From NCBI RefSeq assembly GCF_000020385.1, contig NC_010814.1, positions 3,450,001-3,482,000 of the forward strand: DNA of 32,000 nt, written 5' to 3'. The translations under genes were made by a program, and so were the position numbers. Positions 8,759-17,296 of the stretch are shown piece after piece (position 1 is the first letter of the stretch; each line of letters starts with the position of its first letter). This stretch comes from Trichlorobacter lovleyi SZ (lineage in GTDB: Bacteria > Desulfobacterota > Desulfuromonadia > Geobacterales > Pseudopelobacteraceae). The notes below the pieces were generated by a model. It searched no databases. It was not told where the DNA came from and saw only the letters and a program-made list of their open reading frames with translations.

Positions 8759-8763
8759 TTTCT

Positions 8764-10488
8764 CTATCCCCGCATGGTCATATGTTCCACAATCGGCCCC
8801 AGCGCCAGCGCCGGAAAGAAGTTCAAGGCCCCGACAATCAGAATCACCAGGCAGAGCCAGATGGCAAACGGCAGCTTGTCAGTAGGCAACGTCCCCAGGC
8901 TGGGTGGAATGTACTTCTTCTCTGCCAGGGAGCCGGCCATGGCCAGCACTGCTACAGCCGGGATATAGCGGCCAATGGTCATGGCCAGGGCGCCCAGCAG
9001 ATTATAGAACGGCACATTGCCGTTCAAACCGGCAAAGGCGCTGCCGTTGTTGTTGGCCATGGAAGCGATGCCATACAGCACCTCTGAAAGTCCGTGGGCG
9101 CCGGGATTAGCCATGGAGGCCACAGCGGACGGTGTAATCATGGCGATGCCGGACAGGATCAGCACCACTACACCGGCAATCAGAATGGTGATGATCGACA
9201 GCCACATCTCCTGCACCTCGATCTTTTTGCCAAGATACTCCGGGGTACGGCCGATCATCAGGCCGGAGACAAAGACCGCAATAATGGCAAAGGCCAGCAT
9301 GCTGTAGAGCCCGGAACCGACCCCGCCAAAGACGATCTCACCCAGCAGGATCAGCGAGAGCGGAATCATGCCACCGATTGGAGTCAGGGAATCATGCATG
9401 CTGTTGACCGCGCCGCAGGAGGTGGCAGTGGTGGTCACCGTAAACAGGTTGCTGGCAACCATGCCGAAACGGGTCTCTTTCCCCTCCAGGTTGCCACCCA
9501 CAACCCCGAGTTTGGCAACCAACGGATTGCCTGCCTGCTCAACCCCCTGCAGCACACTGAAACAGAGCAGCCACAGGAAGAGCATGACCCCCAGCAGCAT
9601 CCAGCCCTGGCGGGTGTTGCCAACCATCAGGCCAAAGGTGTAGGTCAACGAAGCCGGTATTAACAGGATCAGCAGGATCTCTGCAAAATTGGAGAGCGGA
9701 GTCGGATTTTCAAAAGGGTGGGCAGAGTTGGCGTTAAAAACGCCGCCACCGTTGGTGCCAACAAGTTTTATTGATTCTTGCGAGGCCACCGGCCCCATCG
9801 GGATGGTTACCGATTCCACCGCAAGCCCCTGACTGTTTTGAGAAGCCTGCAGTAACGGAACGGTCTTGTAGGGGGAGAAATTCTGGATCACCCCCTGGGA
9901 AACCAGCAGGATCGCGGCGACTAACGAGAGCGGCAGCAGGATGTAGAGGATGCCGCGGGTCAGATCCACCCAGAAGTTACCGATGGTATCAGACCTGCGA
10001 CGGGCAAAGCCACGGATCAGGGCGATCACGATCGCCATGCCGGTGGCAGCAGAGACAAAGTTATGCACAGTCAGCCCCACCATCTGGGTTAAGTAGCTGA
10101 CAGCCTGCTCACCGGCGTAGTTCTGCCAGTTGGTATTGGTGATAAAGCTGACTGCGGTATTCAGGGCTAGTTGCCAACTGAAGGAGGGCATTTGCCGGGG
10201 ATTGAGCGGTAGCAGATGTTGGGTCATCAGCAGTACAAACAGACCGGCAAACAGCACCAGATTGAAGAACAGCATGGCAGCGGCATAGCGTTTCCAGCCC
10301 ATTTCTTCATCCGGTTGTACCCCGCAGCTCCGGTAGATCAGGCGTTCAACCGGAGCAAGAAGAGGCAAAAACAGATTGCGTTCCCCCTGATAGACCCGCG
10401 CCATGAAACTGCCCAGCGGCCTGACCAGCGCCAGCAGGATCAACAGCAGAAACAGCAGTTGCAGCAGTTCAACCAGAGTTTGATTCAT
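8764..10488 (-). CDS. kdpA: K+-transporting ATPase subunit A
   Basis: Full-length similarity to KdpA ([35 protein letters not shown]). I place the start at the ATG at 10488 ([10 protein letters not shown]...) rather than the track's upstream alternative start. Confidence 0.95.
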   Translation of the reverse strand: MNQTLVELLQLLFLLLILLALVRPLGSFMARVYQGERNLFLPLLAPVERLIYRSCGVQPDEEMGWKRYAAAMLFFNLVLFAGLFVLLMTQHLLPLNPRQMPSFSWQLALNTAVSFITNTNWQNYAGEQAVSYLTQMVGLTVHNFVSAATGMAIVIALIRGFARRRSDTIGNFWVDLTRGILYILLPLSLVAAILLVSQGVIQNFSPYKTVPLLQASQNSQGLAVESVTIPMGPVASQESIKLVGTNGGGVFNANSAHPFENPTPLSNFAEILLILLIPASLTYTFGLMVGNTRQGWMLLGVMLFLWLLCFSVLQGVEQAGNPLVAKLGVVGGNLEGKETRFGMVASNLFTVTTTATSCGAVNSMHDSLTPIGGMIPLSLILLGEIVFGGVGSGLYSMLAFAIIAVFVSGLMIGRTPEYLGKKIEVQEMWLSIITILIAGVVVLILSGIAMITPSAVASMANPGAHGLSEVLYGIASMANNNGSAFAGLNGNVPFYNLLGALAMTIGRYIPAVAVLAMAGSLAEKKYIPPSLGTLPTDKLPFAIWLCLVILIVGALNFFPALALGPIVEHMTMRG

Positions 10489-10697
10489 TGCCTTCTCCCC
10501 AGCAGCAACTGGCGGGCAATTGCAACCGGCAGCAGTTCCCACTGTTGGGCTGTAGTGTCGAACACCGGTACCTGACCGGCACCGTACTCCGGCGGAGCAA
10601 CCGTGGTGACACCTCCCACAGAGGCAAGTGTAGCACTATCTGCAAAGATTTCACCTTCGTACAGCCCGGTATCTTCGTTAAACTGGTACGCCTTCAT
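10485..10697 (-). CDS. 70-aa soluble hypothetical protein, translationally coupled to kdpA
   Basis: ATG at 10697 with AGGAGG 9 nt upstream. The TGA at 10485-10487 overlaps the kdpA ATG (ATGA). Sequence: [70 protein letters not shown]. It has no TM segment, so it is not KdpF-like. Confidence 0.5.
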   Translation of the reverse strand: MKAYQFNEDTGLYEGEIFADSATLASVGGVTTVAPPEYGAGQVPVFDTTAQQWELLPVAIARQLLLGRRQ

Positions 10698-10712
10698 GGT
10701 GCCTGGCCTCCT

Positions 10713-10746
10713 GCTACGCTTTGATCCTGCATGATCAAAGCGTAGC
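10713..10746. promoter_or_regulatory. Perfect 14-bp inverted repeat (6-nt spacer) directly upstream of the SD of the 70-aa ORF/kdp operon
   Basis: gctacgctttgatc (10713-10726), ctgcat, gatcaaagcgtagc (10733-10746). The AGGAGG SD (complement of 10707-10712) abuts the repeat, and no U-tract follows. It is therefore an operator or a 5'-UTR stem rather than a terminator. Confidence 0.5.
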
Positions 10747-10866
10747 AACCGGGCGATCAATTTGGTGTCAAAACCGGGGCCAAGGCTATAAAGAAGCCAT
10801 CAAGATTATTTTACTCTTTGGCCAAACCTGTTACCATGTCTCCCATTTCCAAGAATGGAGTTTCAG

Positions 10867-11772
10867 ATGCCACAGCCGGTTGTCGCCCTGAAGATTGATG
10901 TTGATACCTATGTCGGCACCCGTGACGGCGTGCCGGTACTGCTGGATCTGCTGGCCCGCCATGCTGCCCGCGGCACCTTCTATTTCTGCCTGGGACCTGA
11001 CCACACCGGCCGGGCTTTGCGCCGCATCTTTACCCACAAGGGGTTTCTGCAGAAGGCACTGCGTTCCGGCGCTCCTGGCGCCTACGGCCTCAAGACCATG
11101 CTGTACGGTGTGCTGCTGCCGGGACCGGTGATCTATCAAAAATGTGGCGAGATTATGCGGCAGACTGAACAGCAGGGGCATGAGGCGGGTATTCATGCCT
11201 GGGATCATACCAACTGGCATGACTTTCTGCTTAAAAGCGACCTTGGTTTTGTCAAATCAGAACTGGGCCAGGCAGCCAAAGGATTCAAGCAGGTCTTTGA
11301 TCGACTGACCACCACCACGGCAGCGCCGGGCTGGACCGTTTCACCGGACTCCCTGGCCCTGCAGGATCAGATGGGACTCTCCTATTGCAGCGACAGCCGG
11401 GGCAGCCATCCCTTTTATCCGGTCATGAATGGCCAACGTTTCTCCACCCTGCAGATCCCCACCACCCTGCCCACAGCCGATGAACTGCTGGGCCGTGACG
11501 GCCTGACCCCGGACGACCTGCCCGAGTACTATCTGCAGCAGTTGAAGCCCGGCCTGAATGTACTGACGATCCACACCGAACTGGAGGGGGGCGTGATCCG
11601 CAGCTCATTCAGCCGCTTGCTGGAACTGCTCCAGCAAAACACGATCCCCTGCATCAGCCTGGCCGAGGCCAGGGCTCAGATTCTCGATGCCCCGGCATGT
11701 CAACTGAGTATGGGGATGATTGCAGGCCGTTCCCTGCCGGTGGCGCTGCAGGGGGATGAGGTAGCTGCATGA
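10867..11772 (+). CDS. arnD: ArnD-like polysaccharide deacetylase (4-deoxy-4-formamido-L-arabinose-phosphoundecaprenol deformylase family)
   Basis: Aligns by eye along its whole length with E. coli ArnD (LKIDVDTYVGTRDGVP, GPD, GIHAWDH, IPTTLPT.DE, TIHTELEG). I place the start at the ATG at 10867, with GGAG 6 nt upstream. The track start at 10855 is also possible. Confidence 0.8.
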   Translation: MPQPVVALKIDVDTYVGTRDGVPVLLDLLARHAARGTFYFCLGPDHTGRALRRIFTHKGFLQKALRSGAPGAYGLKTMLYGVLLPGPVIYQKCGEIMRQTEQQGHEAGIHAWDHTNWHDFLLKSDLGFVKSELGQAAKGFKQVFDRLTTTTAAPGWTVSPDSLALQDQMGLSYCSDSRGSHPFYPVMNGQRFSTLQIPTTLPTADELLGRDGLTPDDLPEYYLQQLKPGLNVLTIHTELEGGVIRSSFSRLLELLQQNTIPCISLAEARAQILDAPACQLSMGMIAGRSLPVALQGDEVAA

Positions 11773-11984
11773 AAGCACGCTTTTTCAAAGTAGAACGCAG
11801 CCAGCACGCCTACCTGACCTTTATCACTGAATCCTACGAAGGGCTCTGTACCGTCAGCACGGTTGACAACAAGAATGGTATTATACGGGTTATTGCCCCG
11901 AAAGGACGGGAAGATGAGTTAGAAGGTCTGATTCATGCCCTGCAGGAAGAGATCGGGATGGAGGAGATCATTGATTATGAATAG
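11769..11984 (+). CDS. Small 71-aa protein, DUF4911-like
   Basis: Its ATG overlaps the arnD-like stop (ATGA at 11769-11772). The sequence MKARFFKVERSQHAYLTFITESYEGLCTVSTVD... matches my recollection of DUF4911 proteins from Geobacter/Desulfovibrio. From memory only, unverified. Confidence 0.5.
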   Translation: MKARFFKVERSQHAYLTFITESYEGLCTVSTVDNKNGIIRVIAPKGREDELEGLIHALQEEIGMEEIIDYE

Positions 11985-13443
11985 CACGCGGATGACGCTG
12001 ATTTTAGCTGATTTACGCAGATTCAAAAATCGTGTTGCAAGGGCATTTGAAGCACGAAGCAACAGTGCAACAGAGAAGAACAAAAAAGGTATAATTATTT
12101 TCCCGATTTTGACTTTCTGTTTTTCCCCTTCTTTTCTTGTTTTTTGGCCTTTATCCCGTTTTTACCCTTTTTTATCCGCGATCATCCGCCCGATCCGCGT
12201 CATCCGCGTTCCATTAGCAAGCCTTTGCCTCTCTCTGTTGCTCTTTTGCTCCGTGTTTCAGTCATACAGCTTTGCAGCCGAGGTCATCCCCGGCATCGAC
12301 ATCCTGGCTCGCCGTAATTTTGATCTGCTGCAAGGCAAGCGGGTCGGCCTGATCACCAACAACACCGGCCGTTCGTTAAACAGCACCAGCAGTATTGATC
12401 TGCTGGCAAAAGCGCCCGGAGTCCAACTGGTGGCGCTTTTTTCGCCGGAGCACGGCATCCGGGGTGATTCCGACGTCAAACTCTCCTCGGCAACAGACCA
12501 GCGGACCGGCCTGCCTATTTACTCGCTTTATGGCAAAAGCTGCCGCCCCACACCGGAGATGATGACCAACATTCAGGTGCTGGTTTTTGATATCCAGGAT
12601 ATCGGCGCCCGCTTCTACACCTACATCGGCACCCTGCACCATGCACTGCTGGCAGCCAGGCAGCAGGGGATTCCGCTGGTGGTGCTGGATCGTCCCAACC
12701 CGCTGGGCGGTGTGGCGATTGAAGGCGCCGTCCCTGATGCCGGTGAAACTGCCCGCAGAATTGCCGCGGACAAAACCGGCTGCCGCTCACTGACCGTGAC
12801 CCATCCGATCCCCACCCGTCACGGCCTGACGATTGGCGAACTGGCCCGACTGATCAACACAGAGGCCGGTATTAACGCAAATCTGCAGGTGGTGTCTATC
12901 GAGGGTTGGAAACGAGAACTGCTCTGGCAGGACACCAGGCTTGCCTGGGTCAACCCATCCCCCAACATGAAAGACCCAACCGCTGCCCTGCTCTACCCTG
13001 GGTTTGGGCCGCTGGAGGCCACCAATCTTTCTGTGGCACGGGGGACTGGCAAGCCATTCCATCGCTACGGCGCGCCGTGGCTTGATCCAGCAGCAGTCCT
13101 GAAAAATCTGCCACCTCTTCCAGGGCTCAGATTCAGCGCAACCAGCTTTACCCCCACCGCCCCCGGTCATCCCTATCAGGGCAAGCCCTGCAACGGCATA
13201 GAAGTGACCATCACTGACTTGAAGGCAACCAATCTCCCGCTGGCCGGGCTCTACCTGGTTCGCGCCATCCAGCAGGCACATCCGAAACAGTACCATGTTG
13301 CCGGAGGTTTCTACGGTATGCTGGGAGATAATCAGGCCTGGAAACTGTTACGTGAGGGAATTGCACCGGAGCGGATCATGGCCCGTTGGCAGGGAGGTAT
13401 TGAGCAGTTCAAAAAGCTGCGGAAGACGTATCTGCTGTACTAA
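11977..13443 (+). CDS. DUF1343 family protein (NamZ-like exo-beta-N-acetylmuramidase family); start codon uncertain
   Basis: From about 12280 onward the sequence is typical DUF1343 (GIDIL..., GKRVGLITNNTG, LFSPEHG, VFDIQDIGARFYTY, LDRPNP). The only in-frame ATGs (11935, 11977, 11992) lie upstream of or inside the repeat element. Between the element and the conserved domain only TTG, CTG or GTG codons are available. Confidence 0.8.
   Translation: MNSTRMTLILADLRRFKNRVARAFEARSNSATEKNKKGIIIFPILTFCFSPSFLVFWPLSRFYPFLSAIIRPIRVIRVPLASLCLSLLLFCSVFQSYSFAAEVIPGIDILARRNFDLLQGKRVGLITNNTGRSLNSTSSIDLLAKAPGVQLVALFSPEHGIRGDSDVKLSSATDQRTGLPIYSLYGKSCRPTPEMMTNIQVLVFDIQDIGARFYTYIGTLHHALLAARQQGIPLVVLDRPNPLGGVAIEGAVPDAGETARRIAADKTGCRSLTVTHPIPTRHGLTIGELARLINTEAGINANLQVVSIEGWKRELLWQDTRLAWVNPSPNMKDPTAALLYPGFGPLEATNLSVARGTGKPFHRYGAPWLDPAAVLKNLPPLPGLRFSATSFTPTAPGHPYQGKPCNGIEVTITDLKATNLPLAGLYLVRAIQQAHPKQYHVAGGFYGMLGDNQAWKLLREGIAPERIMARWQGGIEQFKKLRKTYLLY
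11981..12211. repeat. Long (~230 bp) copy of the MITE-like element, inside the 5' end of the DUF1343 reading frame
   Basis: Perfect 13-bp terminal inverted repeat: acgcggatgacgc at 11986-11998 and gcgtcatccgcgt at 12197-12209. Its ends match the 3186-3280 copy. The right end carries four ATCCGCS units. The interior has a consensus TATAAT (12090-12095) and a long pyrimidine tract (12121-12180). Confidence 0.6.
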
Positions 13444-14492
13444 AAATCAACCAGCCAGCGCTCTCCGTCTTTATTGACAGCCAGCCTGGCAGGCGGCAGC
13501 TTTTTCATCCGCGCCACCAGCTCGTCAGCCCGTTTGCCGGTAAGTGGAGTAGCCTGAAACCCGACCTCTTTATGCAGGATATTAACCGGCAGCAGTTCTG
13601 TCGTACGCTTGTCACCATCAAAGCGGAGCCGCACCAGCAGGGTACGGTCAGCGATCTTGCTCTTGTGGGCAAAGGCAAAGTTCCCCAGGCTGTAGAAAAT
13701 GATCCCCCGCTTGTAACGTTCAATCCCCTGCAAAATATGGGGATGGTGACCGATCACCGCATCAGCACCGGCATCAATCATCATCCGGGCCAGCCGGGGC
13801 TGATACTCCCGCAATTGAGTCTTCCCTTCTTCACCCCAATGGACCGTCACGATCACAATGGACGCCTGCCTGCGGGCAGCAACAATATCATCCTTGACCA
13901 TCTTTTCCATAAGGGGTGCTGTACCGGCGCGTTTATCGCCGGCCCAGAACTCCAGCGGCAGGGTCAGAGAATAACCCAGCAGCCCCACCTTGGTACCGCG
14001 AATGTCATACACCAACGGTTTGCGGGCAGCAGCCAGATTTTCGCCAGCGCCGACATGGCCGATGCCGGCCTTGTCCAACTGCTGCAGGGTATCCAGCAGC
14101 CCCTGTGAACCGTAGTCCATACTGTGATTATTGGCCAGGGTCACGGTGGTGATACCGGCCTTTTTCAAGGCGGCAACGGCCTGCGGCCTGACCCGGAAAC
14201 GATATTTCTTGTCAACAAACTCGGTGCCGCGACCGGTCAGCGGCGCTTCCAGGTTAATCAGCGTAATATCACCCTTTTTCAGCTCCGGGGCGATCTTTGC
14301 AAAGGGATGAAAGTAGCCATCCTGCGCCATCTGCTGCTCCCAGCGCCCCCCCAGCATCACATCACCGGCAGCCTGGATCACGACCTCCCCGGCACCTGCC
14401 GGCAGAACAGTAAGCAGCAGCACCAGAAGAGAGCAGAATAGCATCTTGAGTTGGGATTCAGGACCGGTTTTACGTTGACGGTAATAGTTCAT
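13440..14492 (-). CDS. CapA family (PGA_cap metallophosphatase-like) protein with signal peptide
   Basis: Conserved CapA features are present (AAGDVMLG, NLE.PLT, ANNHSMDYG, VHWGEE, GADAVIGHHPHILQG). I place the start at the ATG at 14492 (MNYYRQRKTGPESQLKMLFCSLLVLLLTVLPAGAG). ATGs at 14444 and 14516 are alternatives. The track's 551-aa version runs antisense into serS and is rejected. Confidence 0.8.
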   Translation of the reverse strand: MNYYRQRKTGPESQLKMLFCSLLVLLLTVLPAGAGEVVIQAAGDVMLGGRWEQQMAQDGYFHPFAKIAPELKKGDITLINLEAPLTGRGTEFVDKKYRFRVRPQAVAALKKAGITTVTLANNHSMDYGSQGLLDTLQQLDKAGIGHVGAGENLAAARKPLVYDIRGTKVGLLGYSLTLPLEFWAGDKRAGTAPLMEKMVKDDIVAARRQASIVIVTVHWGEEGKTQLREYQPRLARMMIDAGADAVIGHHPHILQGIERYKRGIIFYSLGNFAFAHKSKIADRTLLVRLRFDGDKRTTELLPVNILHKEVGFQATPLTGKRADELVARMKKLPPARLAVNKDGERWLVDF

Positions 14493-14541
14493 AAGTGCTA
14501 GATAGTACACCTTCATATCGAAAGAACCAAAGGAATTTCCC

Positions 14542-15813
14542 ATGCTTGACGTGAAATTTATCCGTGACAACCTTGACCAGGCCGAGGCCGCCCTTGCCAC
14601 CCGCGGCGGCGCCATCTCGCTGGCCCGCTTCCGCGAACTGGATGCGCAGCGCCGCAAACTGCTGACCGAGAGCGAAACCCTCAAGGCCTTGAAGAACAGC
14701 GTCTCCGAAGAGATTGCCAAGGTGAAGGACAAGAGTACGGTCAAAGACAAGATTGCCGAGATGAAAGAGGTCTCTGCCAAAATCAAAACCTTTGATGATG
14801 AGTTGAAGATTGTCGAGGAAGAGTTTGACACCCTGCTGATGACCATTCCCAACCTGCCGCACCCCACCACGCCGGTTGGCAAGTCGGAAGAAGAAAACGT
14901 GATTGTGCGTAGCTGGGGCAGCCTGCCCGAAATGGCATTTGAACCCAAACCGCACTGGGATCTGGCAGAAGATCTGGATATCCTTGATTTTGAACGGGCC
15001 ACCAAGATCACCGGCGCCCGTTTCTGCCTCTCCAAAAGGGCCGGGGCGCGGCTGGAACGGGCCCTGATCAGCTTTATGCTTGACCTGCACAGCACGGAAC
15101 ACGGCTATACCGAAGTACTGCCCCCCTTCATGGTCAACCGGGCCAGCATGACCGGCACCGGACAGTTACCCAAGTTTGAAGAGGATCTGTTCCGTCTGAT
15201 GGATCCTGAATACTTCCTGATCCCCACTGCCGAGGTGCCGGTTACCAACATTCACCGCGATGAAATACTGAAAAAATCAGATCTGCCGATCAGCTACACC
15301 GCCTACACCCCCTGCTTCCGCAGAGAGGCCGGTTCCTATGGCAAGGACACCCGCGGCCTGATCCGTCAGCACCAGTTTAACAAGGTGGAGCTGGTCAAGT
15401 TTGTACACCCTGATGAATCCCAGGCAGAACTGGAAAAGCTGACCGGCCATGCTGAAAAGGTACTGCAACTGCTGGAGCTGCCCTACCGGGTGATGGCGCT
15501 CTGTTCCGGTGATATCGGCTTTTCAGCCTGCAAGACCTATGACCTCGAAGTCTGGCTGCCCAGCCAGAACACCTACCGTGAGATCTCCTCCTGCAGCAGT
15601 TTTGGAGATTTCCAGGCCCGCCGGGCCGGTATCCGCTTCCGGGAGGATGAAAAGAGCAAACCGGAATTTGTCCATACCCTGAACGGCTCCGGTCTGGCTG
15701 TTGGCCGGACCCTGGTGGCTATTCTGGAGAATTACCAGCAGGCCGATGGCTCGATTATTATCCCGACTGCGCTACGCCCTTACATGGGCGGCATAGAAAA
15801 AATCACCAAATAG
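14542..15813 (+). CDS. serS: Seryl-tRNA synthetase
   Basis: 423 aa with an N-terminal coiled-coil arm and class II core motifs ([45 protein letters not shown]). AAGGAA lies 7 nt before the ATG. Confidence 0.97.
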   Translation: MLDVKFIRDNLDQAEAALATRGGAISLARFRELDAQRRKLLTESETLKALKNSVSEEIAKVKDKSTVKDKIAEMKEVSAKIKTFDDELKIVEEEFDTLLMTIPNLPHPTTPVGKSEEENVIVRSWGSLPEMAFEPKPHWDLAEDLDILDFERATKITGARFCLSKRAGARLERALISFMLDLHSTEHGYTEVLPPFMVNRASMTGTGQLPKFEEDLFRLMDPEYFLIPTAEVPVTNIHRDEILKKSDLPISYTAYTPCFRREAGSYGKDTRGLIRQHQFNKVELVKFVHPDESQAELEKLTGHAEKVLQLLELPYRVMALCSGDIGFSACKTYDLEVWLPSQNTYREISSCSSFGDFQARRAGIRFREDEKSKPEFVHTLNGSGLAVGRTLVAILENYQQADGSIIIPTALRPYMGGIEKITK

Positions 15814-15862
15814 GGGCTTGAGCTTCTGCCCCAAAGTATGCTAGAAAGCATACCTCTTCCAC

Positions 15863-15950
15863 GGAGGGGTTGCCGAGTGGTTTAAGGCACCGGTCTTGAA
15901 AACCGGCGACGCGCAAGTGTCCGTGAGTTCGAATCTCACCTCCTCCGCCA
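15863..15950 (+). tRNA. tRNA-Ser (anticodon UGA), CCA encoded
   Basis: Folded by hand. Acceptor stem GGAGGGG/CTCCTCC; anticodon arm CCGGT-CTTGAAA-ACCGG; long variable arm; T arm GTGAG-TTCGAAT-CTCAC; discriminator G followed by CCA. Confidence 0.93.
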
Positions 15951-15961
15951 TTTAAACCTTA

Positions 15962-15997
15962 AAAGCCCCCGGCTCTTACTGATCCGGGGGCTTTTCC
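15962..15997 (+). terminator. Rho-independent terminator after tRNA-Ser
   Basis: 11-bp stem (aaagcccccgg 15962-15972 with ccgggggcttt 15984-15994) followed by ttttcc. Confidence 0.7.
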
Positions 15998-16039
15998 ATA
16001 GAAATCAGCTCCTGTTCACCAGTCGAAAGGAACACGACC

Positions 16040-17296
16040 ATGCCCGAACAGACCTCACCCCAAGCCACTTCTGGAACAATTCAGGCCATCTTCAGCCTGC
16101 CGGTCATTGTTGCCGCCCTGGGCTATTTCGTGGATATCTACGATCTGGTGCTGTTCAGCATCGTCAGGGTTCCCAGCCTGAAGGCGCTAGGGCTGTCCGG
16201 CAAGGATCTGGTGGATCAGGGCGTGTTCCTGCTGAACATGCAGATGGTGGGCATGCTGCTGGGAGGCATTCTCTGGGGTGTCCTGGGGGACCGCAAGGGC
16301 AGATTAAAGATCATGTTCGGTTCGATCTTCCTCTATTCAATGGCCAACTTTGCCAATGGTTTTGTTGATTCAATCAGCGCCTATGCCACCTTGCGGTTCA
16401 TTGCCGGGATCGGTCTGGCAGGTGAGTTGGGAGCAGGGATCACCTTGGTCAGCGAAGTGCTGCATAAGACCGTACGTGGTTACGGTACCATGATCGTTGC
16501 CTCGGTAGGGGTTTCCGGGGCGATTCTGGCCAACTTTATTGCCAAACATTTTGACTGGCGCAACGCCTTTATTATCGGCGGCATACTGGGGCTCTGCCTG
16601 CTGGCGCTGCGCTTCGGGGTGGTGGAGTCCGGCATGTTCAGCAGCATGAAGGTGCAGGACCAGGTCAGCAAGGGTAACTTCCTGTCGCTCTTTACCAGCC
16701 GCGACCGTTTTGGACGTTTTCTGCATGCCATCCTGATCGGCCTGCCTTCCTGGTTTGTGGTGGGGGTGTTGATTACCTTTTCACCGGAATTTGCCAAACT
16801 GCTGGGAGTAACAGGGGTGATATCAGCAGGGAACGCGGTGATGTACTGCTATCTGGGGCTGGTAGCCGGTGATCTGGCCAGCGGCATCCTGAGCCAGCTG
16901 CTGCAGAGCCGCAAAAAGGTGGTGCTGCTGTTTCTGATCATCACCGCAGTGGCGGTCGTGATTTATTTTATGGCCGGAGGCGTCAGTGCCGAGGCCTTTT
17001 ACGGGATCTGCGGTCTGCTGGGATTCGGTATCGGCTATTGGGCCATCTTTGTGACCATTGCTGCCGAGCAGTTCGGCACCAACCTGCGGGCTACGGTGGC
17101 CACTTCAGTCCCCAATTTTGTACGGGGGATGACCGTGCCGATCACCATGCTGTTTCTGTACTTTCGCAATCATTTTGGCCTGCAGCAGGGGGCGATCATG
17201 GTTGGTTGCCTGACCATGGCCATCGCCCTGTTCTCGCTCTGGCGGCTTGAGGAGACCTTTCACAAGGACCTGGACTACTTTGAGGAGTTTCTGTAG
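16040..17296 (+). CDS. MFS transporter
   Basis: 418 aa with about 12 predicted TM helices and an MFS loop 2-3 motif (GVLGDRKGRLK). AAAGGAA lies 7 nt upstream of the ATG. Confidence 0.85.
   Translation: MPEQTSPQATSGTIQAIFSLPVIVAALGYFVDIYDLVLFSIVRVPSLKALGLSGKDLVDQGVFLLNMQMVGMLLGGILWGVLGDRKGRLKIMFGSIFLYSMANFANGFVDSISAYATLRFIAGIGLAGELGAGITLVSEVLHKTVRGYGTMIVASVGVSGAILANFIAKHFDWRNAFIIGGILGLCLLALRFGVVESGMFSSMKVQDQVSKGNFLSLFTSRDRFGRFLHAILIGLPSWFVVGVLITFSPEFAKLLGVTGVISAGNAVMYCYLGLVAGDLASGILSQLLQSRKKVVLLFLIITAVAVVIYFMAGGVSAEAFYGICGLLGFGIGYWAIFVTIAAEQFGTNLRATVATSVPNFVRGMTVPITMLFLYFRNHFGLQQGAIMVGCLTMAIALFSLWRLEETFHKDLDYFEEFL

Noticed and set aside
14493-15095. N-terminal extension of about 200 codons on the capA-frame ORF (track ORF 13440-15095, 551 aa)
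   Set aside because: The extension runs antisense through the 5' part of serS and is Ser/Arg-rich low complexity. CapA homology and a good signal peptide begin only at about 14492 or 14444.
15814-15862. Small hairpins between serS and tRNA-Ser (ggggc...gcccc and gtatgct-agaa-agcatac) as a terminator or tRNA promoter
   Set aside because: The stems are short, there is no U-tract, and no convincing -35/-10 pair at proper spacing. tRNA-Ser may simply be co-transcribed with serS and processed.
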